Part shown: one piece after another, positions 29,919 to 37,614 of the stretch | Position numbering within the stretch: the stretch's first letter is position 1 | Layout: every line of letters begins with the position of its first letter | Origin: a virus | Lineage: Duplodnaviria > Caudoviricetes | Strand: one strand, 5' to 3' | DNA length: 55,459 bases | IMG/VR virus record: IMGVR_UViG_3300047476_000267 | Coordinates: 1-55,459 of that record | Translations under genes and position numbers: made by a program | The notes under the pieces: generated by a model | Databases searched by the model: none | What the model saw: only the letters and a program-made list of their open reading frames with translations | What the model was told of the DNA's origin: nothing

Positions 29919-30337
29919 AGACTACCAACTTTGAGGCGGTCAAAGTTGCCCTCAAACAGGATAAGACTGGCTATGTTCTAACTTTATCCCTACACCCAGA
30001 TGAGATCCCAGAGGAGTTGCTACGGGACTATGTGGGCGCTAGGTATCAGGTGGTCATGGTCAGGCTTAACGGCAGTGAGCAGCCGATGGATCGCAAGGAA
30101 GAGTTTGAAGGTGATCGGTCTATTCGTATTGCTGGATTACTTTGCCGAGACCCAAAGTTCTGGAAGTTCTTGTTTGATGATTCTCAAATCTTTGAAGAGG
30201 ATGAGGAATCATGCACCGATTGGCTACGGGATTACCTGAACGTTCAGTCTAGGTCAGAGTTAAAGACCAACGAAGATGCACGCAAACGATTAGACAAAAT
30301 ACATAAGGAATATAAGGAATGGGCGCAAAAAACTTAG
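29915..30337 (+). CDS. Hypothetical protein
   Basis: ATGA overlap; VQSRSELKTNEDA motif. Confidence 0.6.
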   Translation: MKTTNFEAVKVALKQDKTGYVLTLSLHPDEIPEELLRDYVGARYQVVMVRLNGSEQPMDRKEEFEGDRSIRIAGLLCRDPKFWKFLFDDSQIFEEDEESCTDWLRDYLNVQSRSELKTNEDARKRLDKIHKEYKEWAQKT

Positions 30338-30603
30338 TGCCATACTCGGTATACCTTCCAGTAGAGATGCACGCAAAGCTGAAAGAAGCAGCCCGAAGCC
30401 GCAAGGCCTCGGTGCTGATTCGGGATGCGATCAGCATGATTATTGAAGGCAACGAAGCGTATACCAGTGGTTATAACAAAGCAATCAAGGATGCTGCTCA
30501 ACTGGTTTACGACTGTGATGAAGCGCAAATGGTAGCTATCAAAGGTAAGGATCTAGGATCTATCCTTACAGAGCGTATCGAATCATTGGAGATCAAGAAA
30601 TGA
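30319..30603 (+). CDS. Ribbon-helix-helix-like DNA-binding protein
   Basis: PYSVYLPVEMHAKLK...ASVLIRDAI pattern. Confidence 0.55.
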   Translation: MGAKNLVPYSVYLPVEMHAKLKEAARSRKASVLIRDAISMIIEGNEAYTSGYNKAIKDAAQLVYDCDEAQMVAIKGKDLGSILTERIESLEIKK

Positions 30604-30707
30604 CTACGCATATGATTAGTGGATTCATCCTCATCATGCTAATTTTGCTAGTGGGATTCTGCTACAGCACCTACCAAGATTGGAGAAAGAATGACGGATC
30701 AAGATAA
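30600..30707 (+). CDS. Small membrane peptide
   Basis: 35-aa ORF with one TM; fills the gap; ATGA overlap. Confidence 0.4.
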   Translation: MTTHMISGFILIMLILLVGFCYSTYQDWRKNDGSR

Positions 30708-30879
30708 AGAGCACGCTCGCATCCTGTTCGCTGGCTTTGCCTTGTGCGGAGCCATTATGAGCAAAGATGAATGGAATCCAGAGAAGATCTGGGCGGTTGC
30801 TGATGACATGGTGGATTCAATGGACCCCCAGCAGACTGTTGGTTTGCCAGCGCTTAAGAGAAAGCCGAGGGCTAAATGA
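30691..30879 (+). CDS. Hypothetical protein
   Basis: GGAG RBS; coupled ORF. Confidence 0.55.
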   Translation: MTDQDKEHARILFAGFALCGAIMSKDEWNPEKIWAVADDMVDSMDPQQTVGLPALKRKPRAK

Positions 30880-31409
30880 ACTTTACCCAAGATTGGTTTA
30901 GCCACAACACCCCCAACTTTCAGAAGTGTATGGATACGCTTGGCGATAAGCGTAGTCATTTCTTAGAGATTGGATCCTACGAAGGGCGGTCTACATGCTG
31001 GTTAATTGATAACCTACCAAATAATGGCTCAATAGTCAGCATTGACCCATTCCCCAATATGCCAGATGTAGAGCAGCGCTTTCTGGAGAACATTAGGGAG
31101 GCGGTTGGCACTACCAAAATCATTCCAATACTTATGAAAACCAAGTCTTATTCAGCACTGTCCCAGCTTATCCAGCAGCAGCAACAGTTTGACTTCATCT
31201 ATGTGGATGGAGACCATGACCCAGCCACGACCCTGACTGATGCAGCCATGGCATGGGGACTACTGCGTCAAGGCGGTGTGATGCTGTTTGATGACTATGA
31301 GTATCCACAAGAGCCTACCAAGTGCGGTATTGATGGATTCCTCATGGGGTTTGTAGGCAAGTACGACTTGCTATTAAAGAATTATCAACTTGCGGTGGTG
31401 AAAAAATGA
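30876..31409 (+). CDS. Class I SAM-dependent methyltransferase (Methyltransf_24-like)
   Basis: LEIGSYEGRS, FDFIYVDGDH, GGVMLFDDY. Confidence 0.85.
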   Translation: MNFTQDWFSHNTPNFQKCMDTLGDKRSHFLEIGSYEGRSTCWLIDNLPNNGSIVSIDPFPNMPDVEQRFLENIREAVGTTKIIPILMKTKSYSALSQLIQQQQQFDFIYVDGDHDPATTLTDAAMAWGLLRQGGVMLFDDYEYPQEPTKCGIDGFLMGFVGKYDLLLKNYQLAVVKK

Positions 31410-31564
31410 GAAAGGTGAGCCTACGAACAGTCAAAATTGCTATTGGGCTGGCACGTAGTGTCGCTGATGGAACAACTAAATTTCCTTTTGTAGGTTATTG
31501 CGCAGACCTTATGGAAAAGATGTTGGAAGAAATTAAAGAAGCGAGAAAGGCACAAAAGAAATGA
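31406..31564 (+). CDS. Hypothetical protein (52 aa)
   Basis: ATGA overlaps at both ends. Confidence 0.5.
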   Translation: MRKVSLRTVKIAIGLARSVADGTTKFPFVGYCADLMEKMLEEIKEARKAQKK

Positions 31565-31734
31565 TTGGAACAATTATTAATTTATTGATTTTATTTGTGG
31601 CTACGTTTGCCATCATCATATTCATGGCGGTGTTTGGGTTCTTTCTGTTCATCATGTTTGCTTGTGTCTACATTGGATGGGAACAAATCAAAGGTATGCC
31701 GATACCCGCTATATGGGAGAGGATTAAGAAATGA
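31561..31734 (+). CDS. Small membrane protein
   Basis: Long hydrophobic stretch; ATGA overlaps at both ends. Confidence 0.55.
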   Translation: MIGTIINLLILFVATFAIIIFMAVFGFFLFIMFACVYIGWEQIKGMPIPAIWERIKK

Positions 31735-32474
31735 CTGCACCCGCAGTAGTCATAACCCCCACAACAGGACTGCCGTTCCTTGCCAGGGCGATGGAGTCTA
31801 CCAACACCCAACCATGCGAGCATTGGATTGTGATTGATGGTGCTGAGCATGCCCAAAAGGTAGCCGACATCCTAAAAGCGGGGGATTACGTCAACAAGAA
31901 GATCATTTTGCTGCCTGAGAATACGGGCAAGCCACATCAGCACTGGAGCCGTAAGGATGGGGTCAAGTTCTTTGGCAACCGTATCTATGCTGGTATATCC
32001 AACCTGGTCAATGCCGAGCATGTCCTGTTCTTGGATGAGGATAACTGGTTTGAGCCCAACCATATAGTAACGATGCTACAAATGCTTAACTCATCAGGGA
32101 GAGAGCATGAGTGGGTGTACAGTCTACGCAAATGTGTAAATCAACAAGGTGAGTTTATCTGTAACGATGACTGCGACAGCCTTGGCATCTTTGCCAGCTG
32201 GAAGAATATTAACTTGGTCGATATGAACTGCTATTGCTTCAAGACCGAGTTCCTAATGAAGATCAATAGCACCTTGCAGACAGACTACTACTGGACAGAT
32301 CGCCTGTTATCTAGGGTGGCGGTGTCTACGGCTAAAGACTACTACAGCTACGGATGCACAGGCCTGTATACCGTGAACTACAGGCTGCGCCCAGATGCGG
32401 AAGTATTCTTTCGAGAGGGTAATGAATTTATGAATAAACTTTATAGCGGTAATTTTCCATGGAGAGCTAAATGA
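31731..32474 (+). CDS. Glycosyltransferase family 2-like
   Basis: VITPTTG, HWIVIDG, LFLDEDNW. Confidence 0.8.
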   Translation: MTAPAVVITPTTGLPFLARAMESTNTQPCEHWIVIDGAEHAQKVADILKAGDYVNKKIILLPENTGKPHQHWSRKDGVKFFGNRIYAGISNLVNAEHVLFLDEDNWFEPNHIVTMLQMLNSSGREHEWVYSLRKCVNQQGEFICNDDCDSLGIFASWKNINLVDMNCYCFKTEFLMKINSTLQTDYYWTDRLLSRVAVSTAKDYYSYGCTGLYTVNYRLRPDAEVFFREGNEFMNKLYSGNFPWRAK

Positions 32475-33202
32475 TTTTTTTGTTCCCTAAAAAATCAATA
32501 GTACTTGATTGTTTTACGTTTGATGAATTGGCTTTGCAAACAGCCCCTATAGCCCAAGCAGCTAAACATTTGCCAGAATGGTGGCGAAAACTGCCAAATA
32601 CTTATTTGGCTGCTAATGGTTTTAGTGTTTACCCAACAATGAAGACTTGTGTTGGCATGACTGATTACTACGCAAATTCGGTAGCATTTCCTTTATGGAG
32701 TGCACTAGCAATAAAAGTAGAAAAAGAGAGCTACTCATGGCAGTTCTCAGATCAAATCACAGAGGTTCTTCCTCACGATATGCGTAATCAGGCAACTGGC
32801 TTACTTCCCAACCATGGTCATATAAAAATAACCAGCATTTGGAAATTAAAGACAAAAGAGAACATTAACTGGATTTGGAGCCAGCCAACTTACAGCTTTG
32901 ATGAATCATTGTCAGAACTAAAAGTGCTTCCTGGAGTATTTAATTTTGGACTTCAAAGAAGCACGAATATCAACATAGTATTCCCGACCGACAGAGAAAG
33001 ACTGTATAACGTTCCCCACGGGCAAGTGCTTGCGCATTTAACCCCAATGACAGATAAAAAAATTAAGATAAAGAGACATTTAATATCAAAACAAGAGTTT
33101 GATCTGATGTGGAGACAAAAGATAACGTTTACCAACACATACAGACATATTATTAAGAGTAAGAAAAAGTTTTCAGATTGCCCATACCATAAGGAGAAAT
33201 AA
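32471..33202 (+). CDS. Hypothetical protein (AT-rich)
   Basis: LPEWWRKLP, TMKTCVGM motifs; composition differs from neighbours. Confidence 0.6.
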   Translation: MIFLFPKKSIVLDCFTFDELALQTAPIAQAAKHLPEWWRKLPNTYLAANGFSVYPTMKTCVGMTDYYANSVAFPLWSALAIKVEKESYSWQFSDQITEVLPHDMRNQATGLLPNHGHIKITSIWKLKTKENINWIWSQPTYSFDESLSELKVLPGVFNFGLQRSTNINIVFPTDRERLYNVPHGQVLAHLTPMTDKKIKIKRHLISKQEFDLMWRQKITFTNTYRHIIKSKKKFSDCPYHKEK

Positions 33203-33978
33203 TGTTAGAAAATGTACAAGCAGTAGAAGCGAAGAAGCCAGCCATTTTATTTGTGGCAACCCCCATGTACGGCGGTATGTGCGTAGGTGGATACACGATG
33301 GGTATTCTGAACTGCACCCAAGTCTTTATGCAAAATCAGATCAAGATGTATTACTCGTATATGCAAAACGAGTCCTTGATTACCCGTGCTCGTAACGGAT
33401 TGGCTTATGACTTTTTGCAGACTCCAGATGCCACCCATCTGATGTTTATTGATGCCGACATCACTTTTAACCCAGCCGACATTGTGCGGATGATCCAAGC
33501 CGATAAGGACATCATCTGCGGACTGTATCCCAAGAAGGAAATCAACTGGCAACTGGTGTCCGATGCAGTCAAAAAGGGCGTTGACTACAAAGATTTACCT
33601 AACTACACAGGATCGTTTGTGGTTAATTTGGTCAATGGCGTAACCGAAACCACTGGCAGCATCAACGAGCCCATGGAAATTGACAACGGTGGCACAGGAT
33701 TTATGCTGATTAAGCGTGAGGTATTCGAAGCGCTCAAGCCCAAAGTCCCAACCTACACCAACGACATGATCTTGATTGTGGATAAGAACCCAGTCAAAAA
33801 GATCATCCATGAGTTCTTTGCCACCAGCATTGACGAGCAGTCCAACCGTCTGCTGTCCGAAGACTACCACTTCTGCAAGCTGGCTAGGCAGAATGGCTTT
33901 AAGGTATACGCAGCGCCTTGGGCAAACCTAGTCCACAGTGGCACATACAACTTTGCTGGAACGCTGCCAAGAGCCTAA
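33202..33978 (+). CDS. GT-A fold glycosyltransferase-like protein
   Basis: VATPMYGG, NESLITRARN, LMFIDADI, TGFMLIKR, LSEDYHFC. Confidence 0.8.
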   Translation: MLENVQAVEAKKPAILFVATPMYGGMCVGGYTMGILNCTQVFMQNQIKMYYSYMQNESLITRARNGLAYDFLQTPDATHLMFIDADITFNPADIVRMIQADKDIICGLYPKKEINWQLVSDAVKKGVDYKDLPNYTGSFVVNLVNGVTETTGSINEPMEIDNGGTGFMLIKREVFEALKPKVPTYTNDMILIVDKNPVKKIIHEFFATSIDEQSNRLLSEDYHFCKLARQNGFKVYAAPWANLVHSGTYNFAGTLPRA

Positions 33979-34500
33979 ATGATGGATTTAAGAAACGGCT
34001 TTGTTATTTCTGACGTGGCAAACCACCAAGAGATTAAGCAAAAAATACTGAGTGAGATAAAAGAGGTAGGCATACACAGCTCCATAGTGGAAGGCGTTAG
34101 CGTAAGCAACACCGACTGGGAGCTGCATGCAAACTATCCACGCCGTTATTGGCGCACTGTTGAGCCATTATTTCAAGATCAAAATCATAAGATATGTGCT
34201 CTCTATAACCATGAGGTGAGGGCCATACTAAAGAACTTTTGGTTTCAACAGTACGCTTTTGATGACTTTCATTCGTGGCACTTGCACGAATCTTGCCTAT
34301 ATTCAAGTGTTTATTACGTTGAGCTGCCAGAAAAAGGGTCAAGGACAACCTTTAAGTTCTTGGGGCAAGAGTTCGAAATGGATGTAAAAGAAGGGCAAAT
34401 AATATCCTTTCCCAGCATCCTTTTGCACTGCTCAAAACCAAACAAAAGTCAAAGCACAAAAACAATCATTTCTTTTAATACAGATTTAGTAAAGGCTTAA
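33979..34500 (+). CDS. Putative 2OG-Fe(II) oxygenase
   Basis: WFQQY..HSWHLH..SSVYY..FPSILLH..ISFN. Confidence 0.7.
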   Translation: MMDLRNGFVISDVANHQEIKQKILSEIKEVGIHSSIVEGVSVSNTDWELHANYPRRYWRTVEPLFQDQNHKICALYNHEVRAILKNFWFQQYAFDDFHSWHLHESCLYSSVYYVELPEKGSRTTFKFLGQEFEMDVKEGQIISFPSILLHCSKPNKSQSTKTIISFNTDLVKA

Positions 34501-34501
34501 T

Positions 34502-35239
34502 ATGCTACCCAACTGCGAACTTGTTAATTGTTTTGGCAACCAGTACCTTGTGTTCAAGGGTAAGGATCTAATCTCTAATGCCATAAAGCAACAGGGCTAT
34601 GAGGTCGAGGTCTTTGCCCTGTCCCACAAGATACTGGAGAAGCATCAAAACGGAGTGGTGCTGGATATTGGTGCAAATATGGGAACCTTTACCATCCCAT
34701 TAGCTAAGGCAAACCCCCATCTTACTTTCCATTCCTTTGAGCCACAGCGCATTATTTACTACCAGTTATGCGCCAACACCTTCATCAACGGGCTGGATAA
34801 CGTATATACGCATCACTTTGGTCTGTCAGACAAACAGGATCGCATGAGACTAATCTTGCCCGACTACGAAACAGAAACCAACATTGGCGCATTTAGCGTG
34901 GACAAAGAGGTGCGTGAAGAGCCTGACTACGAGTGCCCAACTAAGGGCAGAGACGAGACTATTACCTTATTCCCACTGGATGACGGCAATCATCAAAATG
35001 TTCGGCTAATCAAGATTGATGTGGAAGGCCATGAGTTAGAGGTTATCAAGGGTGGAATTAAGACCATCAAGAACAACAACTACCCGCCGATCATCTTTGA
35101 GGCGTGGAACTGGAAGCCTTGGTTTGAGCCTAAGCGTAAAGCCCTATTTGAATATTTACAGGGACATGGATACGATATAACCGAAGGCGGTAACAATAAT
35201 TTAGCGCAACACCCTGACCATGGAGATATGATGAAATGA
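34502..35239 (+). CDS. FkbM-family methyltransferase
   Basis: LDIGANMG, SFEPQ, IKIDVEGHE, PPIIFE. Confidence 0.9.
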   Translation: MLPNCELVNCFGNQYLVFKGKDLISNAIKQQGYEVEVFALSHKILEKHQNGVVLDIGANMGTFTIPLAKANPHLTFHSFEPQRIIYYQLCANTFINGLDNVYTHHFGLSDKQDRMRLILPDYETETNIGAFSVDKEVREEPDYECPTKGRDETITLFPLDDGNHQNVRLIKIDVEGHELEVIKGGIKTIKNNNYPPIIFEAWNWKPWFEPKRKALFEYLQGHGYDITEGGNNNLAQHPDHGDMMK

Positions 35240-35439
35240 CAACTTTTACCCTGAAAGACTATGTGGCTTCAAAAGAAGAGAGCGTTACGGTTAATGTAGA
35301 ACCTATCCCATTTGCTGGGCTGGTAGCTCTGCAAGATCAGGAAGACCGAGAACAAATGCTACGAGAACAGCTACATATTGTTCAGGCTGAATGTCATCGT
35401 TTACGGAGCCTATTAAATGAAAACGGAATCAAATATTAG
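35236..35439 (+). CDS. Hypothetical protein
   Basis: Coupled ORF. Confidence 0.5.
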   Translation: MTTFTLKDYVASKEESVTVNVEPIPFAGLVALQDQEDREQMLREQLHIVQAECHRLRSLLNENGIKY

Positions 35440-35611
35440 CACCCGAATGGAAGAAGAGTTCAACCAGTGGGCTATGGATAACATAGAGCCATGGCCTCAT
35501 CCCCAAAAGATTCTCCAGAATTATTGGATCGTCTGGCAAGCAGCGTGGAATCGGGCATACAATAGATCTTCAAGTGTGAGGATTGAAGATGAAGACGAAG
35601 GAAGATGTTAA
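35417..35611 (+). CDS. Hypothetical protein
   Basis: EEFNQW...WQAAW motif common in small phage proteins. Confidence 0.5.
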   Translation: MKTESNISTRMEEEFNQWAMDNIEPWPHPQKILQNYWIVWQAAWNRAYNRSSSVRIEDEDEGRC

Positions 35612-35774
35612 GAAACCCAAGGGGCCACAAGCAGAACTTACCCATGACGAGATTGCAAAAGAGCTAGGAATTACGAGGGCTGCGGTATCCATGATCGAGA
35701 AAAGCGCCTTGGCAAAGATTAAACGAGCTCTGAGAGCTAGATACAACATTCATCAATCTGATGATCTTTTATGA
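35583..35774 (+). CDS. Sigma70 region 4-like HTH protein
   Basis: LTHDEIAKELGITRAAVSMIEKSALAKIK. Confidence 0.75.
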   Translation: MKMKTKEDVKKPKGPQAELTHDEIAKELGITRAAVSMIEKSALAKIKRALRARYNIHQSDDLL

Positions 35775-36214
35775 TCTTGGAAAAAGGTTTAAATCGTAAA
35801 GAAAACTGGCAAATCCAAGAAGACATGATGAATCAGTCCAAGGCAAGGGCTGATCTAATGCAACTGTTAAATGTGGATATTGTTACCCAAGACCCTATGA
35901 GCATATGGGATTGGGAGTTCTTTCGAGGCAATCGTCTGCTGGCTATTGGGGAATACCGCAGAAGATTTAATAACTTTGGCACATTCCCAGACTTCCAGTT
36001 TAGCCAGAAGAAGTTTCAAACCATGATGGCAGAAGGTCAGCGGCATGGCATCCCAGCCTTAATGTTTGTGGAGTTTGATGATCTTTACCTTTATTTTGAA
36101 ATACAAGGCAACCCAGAAGTCAAGACCATGCGCAGAAACCACGAGGTCAGGACTGAGCCATGTGTAGTTATCCCAAATGAGCAGTTTAAGTATGTATATC
36201 ATCTAGATCTATGA
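35771..36214 (+). CDS. Hypothetical protein, possibly restriction-endonuclease fold
   Basis: D...EYRRR spacing resembles PD-(D/E)XK. Confidence 0.45.
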   Translation: MILEKGLNRKENWQIQEDMMNQSKARADLMQLLNVDIVTQDPMSIWDWEFFRGNRLLAIGEYRRRFNNFGTFPDFQFSQKKFQTMMAEGQRHGIPALMFVEFDDLYLYFEIQGNPEVKTMRRNHEVRTEPCVVIPNEQFKYVYHLDL

Positions 36215-36504
36215 CTATCTATCGAAACAAGAAGCTCTTAGAAGCTGTCAGGGTTAGCCCCTGTCAGAACTGTGGCAAAGTGGATGGAACAGTCTGCGCT
36301 GCGCACTCCAACCAGCTACGGGATGGCAAGGGCAGAGCCCTAAAAGCGCACGATTACCGCATCGCAGCATTATGTTTTCGCTGTCATTCCATGCTGGATC
36401 AGGGCTACCAGATGAGCAAGGAAGAACGGGTAGAAATGTGGGAAAGCGCCCATCGGAAGACGATTGGCTGGCTTTTTGAGAATGGCATTATTGATACAAG
36501 ATAG
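36211..36504 (+). CDS. Zn-binding HNH-like nuclease (DUF1364/DUF968-like)
   Basis: CQNCG...AAHSN...KAHD...LCFRCH. Confidence 0.7.
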   Translation: MTIYRNKKLLEAVRVSPCQNCGKVDGTVCAAHSNQLRDGKGRALKAHDYRIAALCFRCHSMLDQGYQMSKEERVEMWESAHRKTIGWLFENGIIDTR

Positions 36505-36545
36505 ACGCCTATAGACACCTATAGAGCACCATGGAACACAATATA

Positions 36546-36575
36546 TTGACGTTTTGTAGAACCATGTGCTATATT
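36546..36575 (+). promoter_or_regulatory. Sigma70-type promoter of the small RNA
   Basis: TTGACG-18 bp-TATATT with extended TGn. Confidence 0.6.
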
Positions 36576-36581
36576 TAGTGC

Positions 36582-36699
36582 ACCAGCCCACACTGGTATC
36601 GCACGATAAATCTCCTAGCAGAGACTTGTGCAATGCAAGCCCAACGGTGACACACTCACCTCAAACCCCCAGGCTCACACTCCTGGGGGTTTTTCTTTT
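36582..36699 (+). ncRNA. Candidate trans-acting antisense (anti-RBS) small RNA
   Basis: Bounded by promoter and terminator; four hairpins; AAUCUCCUAGCAG and UCACACUCCU are complementary to repeated phage RBSs. Confidence 0.65.
36663..36699 (+). terminator. Intrinsic terminator
   Basis: AAACCCCCAGG/CCTGGGGGTTT stem followed by TTCTTTT. Confidence 0.85.
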
Positions 36700-36712
36700 G
36701 TGCAAAAAATTG

Positions 36713-36741
36713 TTGCAAATTTATTTCTGTTGGTTTAATCT
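36713..36741 (+). promoter_or_regulatory. Sigma70-type promoter of the replication operon leader
   Basis: TTGCAA-17 bp-TAATCT with AT-rich upstream sequence. Confidence 0.55.
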
Positions 36742-36808
36742 AATCGTGCTAGGAGAAATATCGTGTGGATGAATGCGTAACTGCGTTCGTCTTCACAATA
36801 TTCCTCTC

Positions 36809-37000
36809 AGCTACACCGCATAGGTCGGATTCTTTAACGACAGCTATTCGGGAAGATGCTCCTACTGTGGGATAAGACTTGAAACAGGAGCAGAGATGGC
36901 GAAGCCAGAGTCTCTAGTCGAACGTCTGGCGGGTGCAGTGGCTCCAGAAAGCAACTGTTGAAGGCATCTAGGATAGGCTAGGTGCGTTCACCAAAAAGCA
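36809..37000 (+). ncRNA. Candidate multi-stem structured RNA
   Basis: Nested stems TGCTCCT/AGGAGCA, GAGA-TGGC/GCCA-TCTC, CAGT/ACTG, GCATCTAG/CTAGGTGC; no long ORF. Confidence 0.5.
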
Positions 37001-37050
37001 ACTCACCTTACTAATACTAACTACTACTACTAACTAGATAGGGGGTGGGG

Positions 37051-37203
37051 GTGTACGAGATACGAGATGAGATGGGCGAACTGATGCGGATAGTCGGGCG
37101 CCTTGAGGAAGCAAAGAGTTTAGTCGCTGTGCGTGAGGGCTGGTCGTACAAGCGGGTGAAGCAACATAAACCAGCCTATGTGTTTGAAGAAGCCCCATTT
37201 TAA
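37051..37203 (+). CDS. Hypothetical protein (50 aa, not in ORF track)
   Basis: GTG start after G-rich RBS; MYEIRDEMGELMRIV...FEEAPF. Confidence 0.55.
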   Translation: MYEIRDEMGELMRIVGRLEEAKSLVAVREGWSYKRVKQHKPAYVFEEAPF

Positions 37204-37213
37204 GGAGAATGAA

Positions 37214-37612
37214 ATGAAGTTAATTGCGGAGTTTAGTAGCATCGCTGACATGGCCAACTTTTCTGCCTTTGTCAATCAGCGTTTGGAAGAAGATGCACGA
37301 GTTCGGGAACTGAACAACCTACGAGGACAACTGGATTTAGCCAAAGAGCAACTCAATCGAGCCTATGCCCGTCTGCGTTTCAAAGATGACAAAGACAATG
37401 AGAAGACCTATGCGATCCCGCTTGATACATTGCCATTAAAAGTCCGCACCTACAACTGCTTGGTCGCTGAAGGATGCCAAACTGTTGGTGATGTCATGGC
37501 GCTTTTTAATGAAAATCAACTGCGTAAAATAACTAACTTTGGCAACGGCAGTTTTAGCAATCTAAAGCGAGTCTTTGCGGAAGAACTAAAAATAACCCTT
37601 GATCGGAAATAA
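37214..37612 (+). CDS. Protein with RNA polymerase alpha-CTD-like domain
   Basis: LDTLPLKVRTYNCL..EG..TVGDV.....QLRKITNFGNGS resembles alpha-CTD; TAAGGAG RBS. Confidence 0.75.
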   Translation: MKLIAEFSSIADMANFSAFVNQRLEEDARVRELNNLRGQLDLAKEQLNRAYARLRFKDDKDNEKTYAIPLDTLPLKVRTYNCLVAEGCQTVGDVMALFNENQLRKITNFGNGSFSNLKRVFAEELKITLDRK

Positions 37613-37614
37613 AC

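Noticed and set aside
36575-36621. Minus-strand RBS plus 9-codon ORF (MRYQCGLVH) as the reason for the CTCCTAGCAG copy
   Set aside because: Promoter and U-tailed terminator both face the plus strand and no minus-strand promoter was seen; kept as an alternative, not called
36566-36772. 68-aa ORF in the track
   Set aside because: No RBS, and it runs through a strong terminator and promoter
37041-37073. GGGGGTGGGGG tract and TACGAGA repeats as an R-loop origin or iterons
   Set aside because: More simply explained as the RBS and first codons of the 37051-37203 ORF
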